Shown: positions 45,685-55,664, counted from the first letter of the stretch. The stretch: DNA of 64,000 nucleotides from an uncultured Bacilli bacterium (GCA_934148995.1 CAKPDM010000004.1:17814-81813); one strand, 5' to 3'. The notes: a model not told the origin generated them from the letters alone. Numbers and translations: made by a program.

Positions 45685-46512
45685 ATGAACAATAATTTTA
45701 TTAGTATCTTATCGGATACAACTATGAAATATCTTATGAAAGAAGAAAGGACAAGAAATATCTATCTCGAGTTATTCAGTCATATAATTGGTATTGATTT
45801 ATCTAATTATAAGATTATTGATAATGAGTTAAATAGCGGCAATAAAAGAAAAGATTATCGTCTTGACTTATTATTAGAAGAAGGAGATATTATTGTTAAT
45901 GTCGAAATCAATAAATCGATGGAGAATTATACGACTGTAAAGAATCTTACTTATGCTTTTCGTCTGGCGGGTAGTAGATTAGAGCAAGGTGAAAAATATA
46001 CTACTAAAGAAGTAATTCAAATTAGTTTAAATAATGATAAATTTGAACATAATGATACCGTTTTAGAATATGAATTAATGAATAGAAAATATAATTTAGT
46101 AAAAAATGGTATCAAAATTTATGATGTATACCTAGTAAATTACAAAGACATTTGTTATACTGGAGCTAACGAAGACGAAATGCTATTAGCAATGTTAACA
46201 GCACAAACTGACGAAGAGTTAAAAAAGATAACTGGTAATAGTAAGAAAGGACTGGTCATAATGGATGAGATTGAAAAATTGAAACTTAATGATGAATTTA
46301 ATGCTTGGTATAATGCTGAAAAGGTAGAAGAAAAATGTCGAAACTCTGCTTATTCAGAAGGCGTTGATAATGGTATTATTGTTGGAAAAACAGAAACAAA
46401 ACTAGAAATAGCTAAACTAATGTTAAGTAACAATGAAAGTTTAGATAAAATTTCTACGTATACCGGACTTTCTATTAGTGAACTAGAAGAAATTTCTAGT
46501 AATAATAGTTAA
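45685..46512 (+). CDS. PD-(D/E)XK nuclease family protein (Rpn/YhgA-like, 'PDDEXK_2' putative transposase type)
   Basis: KRKDYRLDLLLEEGDIIVNVEINK (D...E.K core). Conserved layout, then a helical C-terminal tail. Confidence 0.5.
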   Translation: MNNNFISILSDTTMKYLMKEERTRNIYLELFSHIIGIDLSNYKIIDNELNSGNKRKDYRLDLLLEEGDIIVNVEINKSMENYTTVKNLTYAFRLAGSRLEQGEKYTTKEVIQISLNNDKFEHNDTVLEYELMNRKYNLVKNGIKIYDVYLVNYKDICYTGANEDEMLLAMLTAQTDEELKKITGNSKKGLVIMDEIEKLKLNDEFNAWYNAEKVEEKCRNSAYSEGVDNGIIVGKTETKLEIAKLMLSNNESLDKISTYTGLSISELEEISSNNS

Positions 46513-46516
46513 GCTT

Positions 46517-46790
46517 GAAAGGACTGGTCATAATGGATGAGATTGAGAAATTGAAACTTAATGATGAATTTAATGCTTGGTATAATGCTGAGAAAGTAGA
46601 GGAAAAGTGTCGAAACTCTGCTTACTAAGAAGGCGTTGATAATGGTATTATTGTTGGAAAAACAGAAACAAAACTAGAAATAGCTAAAAACTTACTTGCA
46701 TTAAATATAGATAAAAATACAATCATTAATGCAACCGGTCTTAGTCTTAATGAACTAGAGGATATTTCTAATAATAGTTCTATTTTATAA
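46517..46790 (+). pseudogene. Partial tandem duplicate of the 3' part of the preceding gene, with an internal stop
   Basis: 46517-46688 is near-identical to 46245-46416. TCA in the parent (gcttatTCAgaagg) is TAA in the copy (gcttacTAAgaagg). The tail is diverged and there is no start or RBS. Confidence 0.7.
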
Positions 46791-46792
46791 AC

Positions 46793-47383
46793 TTAATTTT
46801 CTTTCTTTAATTTTTTGTATAGATAATTTAATATTAAAAGAATAAGTAAAATAATTATAGGAAGCTTTAATTTCTTTACGAAACTATCTAATATTACCCA
46901 ATTGTTTCCTAGGGCATAGCCAACATAGACAAAAGCAAAAGTCCAGGGAATTGATCCTAAAGTTGTATATAAAATAAATCTTGGAAAGTTAACTTTACTA
47001 ATTCCCATTGGAAGAGATATTAATGTTCTAATAATTGGAAAGTTTCTTCCAAGAAAAGCTGCTAAAGGACCATATCGTTCAAACCAAATATCACATTTTT
47101 CAATATCTTCTTCCTTCATAAAGAAGAATTTCCCATACTTTTTAACAAATATTCTTCCCCCAAAATATCCAATTAAATAAATAATAATAGCACAAAAAAC
47201 ACTTCCTAAAAGTCCGACAAAGAAAGCCATCCAGAAAGAAAAAATACCTCTTCCTGCTAGTATTCCTCCAGTTGCTAAAATCACTTCACTAGGAATAATT
47301 ATAATAACTGCTTCTAATACCATTCCAAGAAACATTCCAAAATAACCAAAATTGGTCATTAAAAAAGTAACATAACTTTCCAT
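46793..47383 (-). CDS. DedA-family membrane protein
   Basis: GYFGMFLGMVLEAVIIIIPSEVILATGG and FLGRNFPIIRTLISLPMG motifs. Confidence 0.8.
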   Translation of the reverse strand: MESYVTFLMTNFGYFGMFLGMVLEAVIIIIPSEVILATGGILAGRGIFSFWMAFFVGLLGSVFCAIIIYLIGYFGGRIFVKKYGKFFFMKEEDIEKCDIWFERYGPLAAFLGRNFPIIRTLISLPMGISKVNFPRFILYTTLGSIPWTFAFVYVGYALGNNWVILDSFVKKLKLPIIILLILLILNYLYKKLKKEN

Positions 47384-47481
47384 TCTATCACCTTGTTAAA
47401 GTATATGTTTATAAAATATTGTCTATTAAAAATAGTTGCTAATCTATTTTATTATTTATATAATCAAGATAGGTGGAATGT

Positions 47482-48720
47482 ATGAAAAGAAAAATTATCG
47501 TGATTAGTTTATTAATATTAGGAGTAAGTTCGCTTTTACTTGGTTTTGCTTATCAAAATAAAGTTGAAGTAGAGCGAAAAAATAAGTTAGAGAAAGAAGC
47601 GGCCTTGAGAGAAAATGAAACTAAAAAGAAGATAAAAGAGGCATATAGTGAAAATGTGGTTATTAGTAAAGAAATAAATTTATATAAACTAGAAAATAAA
47701 AAATATATAAAGAGTGGTAAAGCTTTTAAGAATGTAATCTTTAATTTGGAAGATAATGATAATTTAGATGGGTATTATAAAATAAAGAATAGTGATTATT
47801 ATCTTTATTATACTGATTTTGTAGAAACTACTAATACTAATGATGATAGATATTCTAACTATATTTATTTTCCTAGTGAAATCACAACAAAGGAAGATAG
47901 TAAGTTTTATAATAGTGATGGAGTAGAGGTATTTACTTTAAAAGATGGTATTAAACTACAGGTGTTGGAAAATTTAGCTGATTCTTATGGAGTAGTATTG
48001 TTTGATAGATTAGTATTTATTAAAAAAAATAGTATTTCATCAGTTGATGAATTAAAAGATACTGCTGAAGTAGCAGAACAAGTACCTGTTTTAAACTATC
48101 ACTTTATTTATCTAGAAGGTGAAAGTTGTGATGAAATGATATGTCATCCAGAGAGTCAAATAAATGAACAGTTTGCTTATCTTTCTGCCAATAAAGTATT
48201 TACTCTTACTACTAAAGAGTTAGGACAGTTCATAAGTGGTGAAATAAGACTTCCAAAAAAATCTATTTTATTAACAATTGATGATGGTGCAAGAGCAGAA
48301 AAGTTTATTCCCTTTCTAGAAAAATATAAAATAAATGCTACTTTATTTCTAGTATCGTCTTGGTATCCAAAAGAAACTTTCACTTCTAATTATTTAGAAC
48401 TTGCTAGTCATACCCATGATATGCACACTAATGGTGTCTGTCCAATGGGTCAAGGTGGTGGAATAAGGTGTTTAAGTGAAGATAAGATACAAGCTGATTT
48501 AAAAGCTAGTAGAGAAACACTTAACAATACTGAAGCTTTCTGTTATCCTTTTTATGAATATAATGACTATGCCGTAGAACAAGTCAAAAAAGCTGGCTTT
48601 AAACTTGCTTTTATTGGTGGTAATAAAATGGTCACTAAAGATACTAATCCATACTTAATTCCAAGATATGTTATTTATAAAAATACTGGATTAGGTTATT
48701 TGAAAAATTTATTAAATTAA
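47482..48720 (+). CDS. Membrane-anchored polysaccharide deacetylase (NodB/CE4 family)
   Basis: LLTIDDGARAE (the TFDDG-type motif 1), HTHDMH, and an N-terminal TM helix. Confidence 0.75.
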   Translation: MKRKIIVISLLILGVSSLLLGFAYQNKVEVERKNKLEKEAALRENETKKKIKEAYSENVVISKEINLYKLENKKYIKSGKAFKNVIFNLEDNDNLDGYYKIKNSDYYLYYTDFVETTNTNDDRYSNYIYFPSEITTKEDSKFYNSDGVEVFTLKDGIKLQVLENLADSYGVVLFDRLVFIKKNSISSVDELKDTAEVAEQVPVLNYHFIYLEGESCDEMICHPESQINEQFAYLSANKVFTLTTKELGQFISGEIRLPKKSILLTIDDGARAEKFIPFLEKYKINATLFLVSSWYPKETFTSNYLELASHTHDMHTNGVCPMGQGGGIRCLSEDKIQADLKASRETLNNTEAFCYPFYEYNDYAVEQVKKAGFKLAFIGGNKMVTKDTNPYLIPRYVIYKNTGLGYLKNLLN

Positions 48721-48755
48721 ATCATCTAAAATCGTTAAAAGAGTAATCAAGCTGA

Positions 48756-50261
48756 TTACTCTTTAATTATGTCTTTTAAAGAACTTTTATATTCAGAAAT
48801 TTTCTCTTTATACTCTTCAATCTTATCCTTTAATTCTTCATTTTCAACTGTTAATTCATCATTTTTTTCTTCTAGTTCTTGAATAGTATTTTCATAACTA
48901 TCAATTTTTCTGTTATATTCATATTCTTCTTGTTCTAATTTATTAGCTTTCGTCTTTAATGTCTCGATATTACTACTACTTCCGTAAATAGTAACTGTAT
49001 AATCATAAAGTTTATTATAGTTATGAAGTTTCTTTTTAGTTAAATCAGAAATAACTAAATCTTTTATTTTCTTAAAATTATTCTTATCAACAGATGTTAT
49101 AAAGAAAGTATCATTATCAGGAGAAAAAGTAACCTTACTGAAATCACTATAGTATTTAACTTCTATTCTAAAGGTATCAGTAAGCGTTTCATCAACTTGA
49201 TAAGTTGTGTTGTAATGTGTAAGATAAGTTAAATTGCTAGTGGCACTAACAGTTTTAACAATCACACTTTCTTTTATAGAATCAGGTATCTTATCAGTGT
49301 AACTAGTATTAGCAATATCAACCATTAGAAGTCCAAAAGAAAGACCAAGTCCTGCAACAGATATAATGAAACAAATAGCTAATCGTTTAAATGCCAACTG
49401 TCTATTAAAAATAAACTCTAAAACTACTTCTAATACTACTAAACAAAATAAAATAGAAAAGATAAGTCCAAAAGTAATACTACTAAAAAATACTCCTCTT
49501 ATTATTAATAAGAAATTTAGAAGTAGACCTGTACATAGGAAGAAGAAAAATATTAAGATAGGGAAGCTTAGGCAGATAATAATAAATTTAATAAAACCAA
49601 TAATTACTTTTCCTAAAATACTAAAAAATACACTGGAAGAATTTTTATTATAAGTAATTATTGTTTCTTCTTTACTTTCTATTTCCTGAACCTTTGCTTC
49701 TTTAATAACTGTTTTATCTAAATAAATTATTTTAAATAGATAGATAAATAAAAACATAAAGATAAACAAATAAGAGGTTTCAAATATTAAATGAAATATT
49801 TCTTTAATAATATTTGCTATTTGTCCACTACCTATATGATAAATGACACTTCTAATATTATTTTCTAAAATCATAAATGGTACTTTTAATAGTATTAATA
49901 AAATAAAGATTATTCCCATTACAAATACACATTTAATAATATCTTTAAAAGACATTGCTCTAAACATTTGATAAGTTTTATTAACTAGTTCTAAAGTATT
50001 ATCAATAAAGTTATCAAAGTTTAGTTTTTTCTTATTTTCAAGGCCAATCTCTTTTATGTTATCATTTGTTAACTCTTCTAAGCTGCATTTAAATATTTTA
50101 CATAGAGAGAGTAGTTTATCCATTTCGGGATAAGTAATACCACTTTCCCATTTAGAAACAGATTGTCTTGTAACATCGAGCATACTAGCAAGTTCTTCTT
50201 GTGAAAGATTGTTTTTCTTTCTTAACATTTGGAGTTTTTCATTAAAACTCATTTTTATCAC
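48756..50261 (-). CDS. Membrane-tethered XRE-family HTH regulator with a C-terminal coiled coil
   Basis: N-terminal LRKKNNLSQEELASMLDVTRQSVSKWESG. Several TM helices. C-terminal heptad-rich EEYEYNRKIDSYENTIQELEEKNDELTVENEELKDKIEEYKEKI. Confidence 0.7.
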   Translation of the reverse strand: MIKMSFNEKLQMLRKKNNLSQEELASMLDVTRQSVSKWESGITYPEMDKLLSLCKIFKCSLEELTNDNIKEIGLENKKKLNFDNFIDNTLELVNKTYQMFRAMSFKDIIKCVFVMGIIFILLILLKVPFMILENNIRSVIYHIGSGQIANIIKEIFHLIFETSYLFIFMFLFIYLFKIIYLDKTVIKEAKVQEIESKEETIITYNKNSSSVFFSILGKVIIGFIKFIIICLSFPILIFFFFLCTGLLLNFLLIIRGVFFSSITFGLIFSILFCLVVLEVVLEFIFNRQLAFKRLAICFIISVAGLGLSFGLLMVDIANTSYTDKIPDSIKESVIVKTVSATSNLTYLTHYNTTYQVDETLTDTFRIEVKYYSDFSKVTFSPDNDTFFITSVDKNNFKKIKDLVISDLTKKKLHNYNKLYDYTVTIYGSSSNIETLKTKANKLEQEEYEYNRKIDSYENTIQELEEKNDELTVENEELKDKIEEYKEKISEYKSSLKDIIKE

Positions 50262-50364
50262 CTCGAGACAATTTTATTATAGAACGTCAGTTGCTATCTA
50301 CCAACTATAAGTTGTTTTTTGTAAATTTTCGGTTGCACTTATTATTTTATCAATAAAAAAACTC

Positions 50365-50964
50365 TTATTGTAGAGTTTTTTGCTTAACTTTAACTTCTTT
50401 TTGTTGTTTGAGTTTATCATCTAGATCATACATCATGTTTTCAACTAGTGCCCTATCATAAATAGTAGTAGCTACTTTCTTATTGTAATATGTTCTGGCA
50501 TTTGTTTCATAATGTTCAAAAGTTTTTCTAACACATTCTTTCAAGTTGTTATTTAAAATTAAATTGCCATACTCTTCTTTTATTGAATCTTTAACTTTAC
50601 ATATTTCATCTTCTTTTGCATCAATAGTAATTACTCCATCCATTAATCTATTGTAGAAATTTTGATTGCTTTCAAAAGATTCAATAATATAATTATCTGG
50701 TGTTAATGTAACCTCCTTATTTGTTATTAATTCAATTGCTTTTTCTTTTCCTAGATACTTAAAAATTAGTGGAATACTATATTTCTTAGGAAATAGTTTC
50801 CTCCATTCTTGACTTATCTTAATATTTTCAAAATGCCTTTTATCATCATCAAAAGCAAATCCTAAAAAATTAGGTTTATATTTATCGTGTTCAATAACTA
50901 CATATATAGCAAAATAATTACCAGCTTTTAATACCGTTTTATCATTATATTTTAATTGTTCCAT
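50365..50964 (-). CDS. Hypothetical cytoplasmic protein
   Basis: ORF with RBS AAGGAGGAG. No recognisable motif. Confidence 0.4.
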   Translation of the reverse strand: MEQLKYNDKTVLKAGNYFAIYVVIEHDKYKPNFLGFAFDDDKRHFENIKISQEWRKLFPKKYSIPLIFKYLGKEKAIELITNKEVTLTPDNYIIESFESNQNFYNRLMDGVITIDAKEDEICKVKDSIKEEYGNLILNNNLKECVRKTFEHYETNARTYYNKKVATTIYDRALVENMMYDLDDKLKQQKEVKVKQKTLQ

Positions 50965-51038
50965 TTATTTGGCTCCTCCTTTTCTAAGTATTATATAATT
51001 AAAACTTAGAAAAATAAATTAAAAAAAGCCTTAAAGGC

Positions 51039-51500
51039 TTATTTACAACTAGCACCAAGTTGTTCGTATAAACTCTTGACACTGCTTACTTTAACTTTTC
51101 CATCATTAATCAATTGACTATTAGCAGAATCAATTTTAATTAATTCATCAGTATCGATTTTCTCGTAATTGATATCAACAGTAGAAATTAATTTGTTACC
51201 ATCAATTGTAACATCATACTGATAGTATTTAACATCTTTATAAGGATTGTAAATTTTTTCTATCTGTTCCTTATAAGTATTAAGAGTAGAAGTATCACTA
51301 GTTTCGATCGATTCTTCGCTCTTTACACGAGTAACATAGTCACCTTTGTAAGAAATTTTGTAACTTAAACTTGTTTTCATTTCATTCTGATCCATAGTTC
51401 TAGAACAAGTCATTGTTTTTTCTTCACTATTAGAAGAACAACCTGTTACTAAAAACATAACAGAAATAATAACTGCCAAAAATAAATATTTTCTTTTCAT
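51039..51500 (-). CDS. Lipoprotein (DUF1307/YehR-like by pattern)
   Basis: Lipobox LVTGC. The mature domain starts KTMTCS and ends GASCK. Confidence 0.55.
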   Translation of the reverse strand: MKRKYLFLAVIISVMFLVTGCSSNSEEKTMTCSRTMDQNEMKTSLSYKISYKGDYVTRVKSEESIETSDTSTLNTYKEQIEKIYNPYKDVKYYQYDVTIDGNKLISTVDINYEKIDTDELIKIDSANSQLINDGKVKVSSVKSLYEQLGASCK

Positions 51501-51602
51501 AGATTTCCTCCTAGCATTACTTTATCATAAAACAAATACAATTTCCACACCTTTCGACAAATTAATTAATTGTTATTTGATAGATTAATATTGGTGATAA
51601 TT

Positions 51603-52052
51603 GTGAATAAAAAGTTTATATTTTCTTTAATAGTAGCAGTTGTTTGTGGAGCGTTTATTGGTCATACTTTATTTGAAAAATTTAGGAAAGAAGAAGAAAC
51701 TGTGTTCAGTGAAAATACTACACTTTATTTTTTAAGAGAAGGTGTCTATGATAATTTAAAGTATGCTTTAAATAGTGCTAATAAGTATGACACTAAAATT
51801 ATAGTAAAAGAAAAGGCTAAATATTACCTTTATCTAGCAATTTCTAAAAATGAAGAAACTTTGGCTGAATTTAAAAAGATTTATAAAAATAATTTTTTAG
51901 TAATAGAAGATAGAAAGGTTAGTAATGAAAGTTTTTTAACTGCCTTAGAACAGATGGAAAATTTACTTAAGAAAGCCACTAGTAATGAAGAAAAGGAAAC
52001 GATTGAGAAAGTAATTCTTGCTAATTATGAAGAATTGGTCTTAAAAAATTAA
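51603..52052 (+). CDS. Membrane-anchored protein with a possible SPOR-like domain
   Basis: GTG 51603 after GGTGA. One TM helix. YFLREGVYDNLKYALNSA...KYYLYLAISKNEE resembles the SPOR pattern. Weak call. Confidence 0.3.
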   Translation: MNKKFIFSLIVAVVCGAFIGHTLFEKFRKEEETVFSENTTLYFLREGVYDNLKYALNSANKYDTKIIVKEKAKYYLYLAISKNEETLAEFKKIYKNNFLVIEDRKVSNESFLTALEQMENLLKKATSNEEKETIEKVILANYEELVLKN

Positions 52053-52109
52053 TGGAACAGTATAAATTTTGTAGTTATTGTTTATAATTAAATTATAAGG
52101 AGAAAGTTT

Positions 52110-52790
52110 ATGAAAGTTAAAGAAATACCATCTAATGAAAGACCAAGAGAAAGGTTAGAAAATTATGGACCTAGTAATTTATCAACCTCTGATTTATTAG
52201 CAATTATCTTATCTAGTGGACTTAAAGGAAAGAATGTTACAGAGCTTTCTTTTGAATTATTATCTAAAGTTGATAGTGTTAAAGATTTAGCTAATCTAGA
52301 ATTAAAAGAATTATGTAAAGTAAAAGGAATAGGTAAAGCGAAGGCTACTACTTTATTAGCAGCGATAGAATTAGGAAAGAGAATTTATTTGTTACCTGAT
52401 GCTAAAAAAGTAAAATTAATTACAGCTGAAGACATCTTTTCTTATAGTAAGTATTTATTTTATGGAAAGAAACAGGAATGTTTTTATTGTCTATATGTAG
52501 ATAAATTAAGAAATTTAATTACAGCTAAACTTCTTTTCATGGGAACAATGGATAGAAGTAGCGTTCATCCAAGAGAAATATTTAAAGAAGCTTATAAAGT
52601 ATCAGCTACAGGAATAATCTGTATTCATAATCATCCATCAGGTGTATTGTTACCAAGTCCTAAAGATATTGAATTTACTAATGACTTAATAAGTCTTGGT
52701 AATTTTCATGGTATATATATACTTGATCATTTAATCGTTAATGAGCATAAATATTACAGTTTTGTAGAAAATAGAAATAAGAATAATTGA
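52110..52790 (+). CDS. radC: RadC-family JAB-domain protein
   Basis: N-terminal HhH (PRERL...LSTSDLLAIIL) and the JAMM motif HNHPSG. Confidence 0.85.
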   Translation: MKVKEIPSNERPRERLENYGPSNLSTSDLLAIILSSGLKGKNVTELSFELLSKVDSVKDLANLELKELCKVKGIGKAKATTLLAAIELGKRIYLLPDAKKVKLITAEDIFSYSKYLFYGKKQECFYCLYVDKLRNLITAKLLFMGTMDRSSVHPREIFKEAYKVSATGIICIHNHPSGVLLPSPKDIEFTNDLISLGNFHGIYILDHLIVNEHKYYSFVENRNKNN

Positions 52791-52841
52791 AAAAAAAATA
52801 GGTTTCAGATATACTAGATAAGGAAAGAAAGGGAGCAAAAG

Positions 52842-53636
52842 ATGTATCAAAAGAAAAAGAAAAGAAAAAAAATTATTATTATATTTGCTGCTATTTTTAT
52901 TTCATTTTTCCTTCTATTTTATTCTTTAACTTCTAATAGAAAAGTAGGTGCAATTGAAGGTGTATTAAAAGATGGAGCAACAATTATTTCTAAAATTGTA
53001 ATGACACCATTTACCACTTTGAATAAGGAAAAAGATAAAGATGCTAGTAAAAGTTATTTAATTCAAAAAAATATAAATGTTCATTTAGAAGAGGAAATAG
53101 AACAATTAAGAGATACTCTTAGTTTAAATCAAACTTTAACTGGTTATAATATTGTAAATGCTACTGTAATAAATAGGAATAGAAGCTATTGGTATCAAAC
53201 TTTAACTATTGATAAAGGTAAGAGTTCTGGTTTAAAAGAAAATATGATTGTTATAACTAAGAATGGTTTAATTGGTAAATTAGAAAAAGTTACTAAGTAT
53301 TCTGCTACAGTTAAATTAATAACTGCTAATGATGTTAATAATAAAGTATCTGTTTCTATTACTACTTCTAGTGGAGAAACTAATGCTATTTTAAGTGGTT
53401 ATGATAAGAAAAAAAATGAAATATTAGTTAGTGGTGTTGATAGTAGTATTGATATTAATAAAGGTGATGCCGTAACAACTAGTGGTTTAGGGGGAGTATT
53501 TCCACGAGGTATTTATATTGGTAAAGTAGAAAGTGTCTCTTTAGATAAATATGGTTTAAGTAAAACTTTAGCCATAAAAACTGACCAAAATTTTAATAGT
53601 ATTCACTATGTTACTATTCTAAAAGGAGAAAAATAA
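52842..53636 (+). CDS. mreC: Rod shape-determining protein MreC
   Basis: N-terminal TM helix and coiled coil. GLIGKLEKV, GGVFPRGIYIGKV. Followed by mreD. Confidence 0.85.
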   Translation: MYQKKKKRKKIIIIFAAIFISFFLLFYSLTSNRKVGAIEGVLKDGATIISKIVMTPFTTLNKEKDKDASKSYLIQKNINVHLEEEIEQLRDTLSLNQTLTGYNIVNATVINRNRSYWYQTLTIDKGKSSGLKENMIVITKNGLIGKLEKVTKYSATVKLITANDVNNKVSVSITTSSGETNAILSGYDKKKNEILVSGVDSSIDINKGDAVTTSGLGGVFPRGIYIGKVESVSLDKYGLSKTLAIKTDQNFNSIHYVTILKGEK

Positions 53637-53638
53637 CT

Positions 53639-54139
53639 ATGCTTTTTGTTTATATAACTGTCATTATTTCTTTTCTTTTAGATGGCGTTTTATCTAATTT
53701 TTTAAATTATATGTTGGGTGATATATCTATCTTTAATCCTTTATTAACTATTGTAGCAATAATAATGATTTATCCATATTTTAAGAAAGATGAAAATAAG
53801 TACTTTATTACTTCCTTTATTTTAGGACTTTTATATGATTTATTTTATACTAATTTATTATTTACAGATGCTATTTTGTTTTTACTACTAGCATTAATTT
53901 ATAGCTATTTATATAAAAAGTTAGAAGTAAATGTTCTAACGACAGCTTTTTCTATTTGTTTAATAATTAGCATTTATGAAATTATTTTAGCATTCTTATT
54001 ATTCATCTTTGATATTGTGCCAGTGACACTTTCAGAAGTTTCATATTTAATAGTTAATAGTTTGCTATTAAATGTCATCTATGGAGAAATATTATATCTA
54101 ATATCAAGAATAACAAAACGCAAAAGACGTCTAAATTAG
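53639..54139 (+). CDS. mreD: Rod shape-determining protein MreD
   Basis: 166-aa polytopic membrane protein directly after mreC. Confidence 0.7.
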   Translation: MLFVYITVIISFLLDGVLSNFLNYMLGDISIFNPLLTIVAIIMIYPYFKKDENKYFITSFILGLLYDLFYTNLLFTDAILFLLLALIYSYLYKKLEVNVLTTAFSICLIISIYEIILAFLLFIFDIVPVTLSEVSYLIVNSLLLNVIYGEILYLISRITKRKRRLN

Positions 54140-54178
54140 TCTTTTCTTTTTTTGATTTTTTTTCATATTATTTACTAG

Positions 54179-54778
54179 GTGATGATAATGGTTGAATCAA
54201 AGTTTTATAAAAATAGTAATAATAAGAAAAGTAAGAGTAATTTTTTTAAAAATATTCTTTCTAGAATTTTAATAACAGTTATAGTAACACTTCTATTATT
54301 AATTTGTTTTAAAATGAATAATAATTTTAAGAAAAGTTTTTATCATTATACTTATGAACAGAACTTTCCTTTTTCAGTCGTTAAAAACTTTTTACAAGAA
54401 AAATTTGGAACTAGCTTAACTTTTGATAAGATAGTGACAGATCAAGAAGTTTTTAATGAAAAGTTATCTTATAAAGATAAGAGTTTATATCATGATGGGG
54501 TAAAGTTAACAGTCAGTAGTGAATATATGGTACCATCTTTTGAAAGTGGAATAGTTGTATATATAGGTGAAAAAGAAAATTATAAACAAACTGTTATTGT
54601 GCAGCAGATGAATGGTGTAGATGTTTGGTATGGAAATATTAAGCAAGCGAATGTTAAGCTTTATGATTATGTTGAAAAGGGTGCATTGATTGGTCAAGTT
54701 AGTGATAAGACTTTGTATTTAGTATTTCAAAAAGAAGGGAAGTTTATAGATTATCAAAGCTATCTTTCAAAAAGTTAA
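54179..54778 (+). CDS. spoIVFA: SpoIVFA-like membrane protein with a degenerate M23/LytM domain
   Basis: TM helix plus a LytM-like C-terminus (GIVVYIGEKENYKQTVIVQQMNGVDVWYGNIKQANVKLYDYVEKGALIGQV) without the HxxxD/HxH metal ligands. Lies immediately upstream of spoIVFB, as in Bacillus. Confidence 0.55.
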   Translation: MMIMVESKFYKNSNNKKSKSNFFKNILSRILITVIVTLLLLICFKMNNNFKKSFYHYTYEQNFPFSVVKNFLQEKFGTSLTFDKIVTDQEVFNEKLSYKDKSLYHDGVKLTVSSEYMVPSFESGIVVYIGEKENYKQTVIVQQMNGVDVWYGNIKQANVKLYDYVEKGALIGQVSDKTLYLVFQKEGKFIDYQSYLSKS

Positions 54779-54818
54779 ATTTCATAAGTCTTGTTTACTA
54801 TTTCTATTTCTAGCAGTT

Positions 54819-55505
54819 TTGACGGGGCAATTTTATTTAATTTTTCTTTCTTTTTTATTATTATTTACACATGAATGTGGACATTTCTTTACAGCTTGTC
54901 TTTTTAAATGGAAAACTAAGGAGATAACGTTTTATCCTTTTGGTGGTATTGCTCGTTTTGCTTCAATGATTAACTGTCCCATTTTAGAAGAGTTACTAGT
55001 GTTAGTAATGGGACCTTTGGTTCAATGTGTTTTTTACTATTTTTTTAAAGATTTATTAATGACTCCATATCAAACAAAATTATTTACTACTATTCATTAT
55101 AATATTTTAGTATTTAATCTTTTACCAATTTATCCTTTAGATGGTGGTAGAATTATTGAAGTACTTTTGTGTTATTTTATGTCTTATCAAGATAGTTATA
55201 AAGTTACATTTTTAATTTCTTATTTATCACTTCTTTTAATTTTTATTTTCTTTTTAGTTTATCCGAGTACTTATTTTTTACTAATGTTTATTTTAATTTT
55301 ATTAAGACTTATTAAAGAAAAGAAATATTTAAAGTATTATTATGAACGTTTTCTACTAGAAAGGTATTTGAAAAAATTAGTTTATAAAAAAAGAAAAATA
55401 GTAAGAAGTGAAAAGAAGTTTCGAAGAGAATATTCGCATATTATTAAAAATGGCGATTGGTATCAGAGTGAGGAAGAGTATTTAAAAGATAAATATGTAA
55501 CTTAA
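54819..55505 (+). CDS. spoIVFB: Site-2 (M50) intramembrane metalloprotease SpoIVFB
   Basis: HECGHF (HExxH) in TM1. NLLPIYPLDGGR (NPDG-type motif). Synteny with mreCD and the spoIVFA-like gene. TTG start is uncertain. Confidence 0.75.
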   Translation: MTGQFYLIFLSFLLLFTHECGHFFTACLFKWKTKEITFYPFGGIARFASMINCPILEELLVLVMGPLVQCVFYYFFKDLLMTPYQTKLFTTIHYNILVFNLLPIYPLDGGRIIEVLLCYFMSYQDSYKVTFLISYLSLLLIFIFFLVYPSTYFLLMFILILLRLIKEKKYLKYYYERFLLERYLKKLVYKKRKIVRSEKKFRREYSHIIKNGDWYQSEEEYLKDKYVT

Positions 55506-55664
55506 ATACTAAAAAAATTCATACTTTTCTCGTACTATTATTTCATCTTGTTCTATTGTTATCTATCTATCTATATATTTGTTACTATTATTTCGGATAC
55601 ATTTGAAATATCAGGTGCTTTCCCTTCTATAAAATTTAAATTAAATAGAAGGGTGGTGATATTT

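Noticed and set aside
50353-51040. Short A/T-rich hairpins after the minus-strand genes at 50365 and 51039 as terminators
   Set aside because: The stems have only 5-6 bp with two or three G-C pairs. They are plausible but too weak to list as features.
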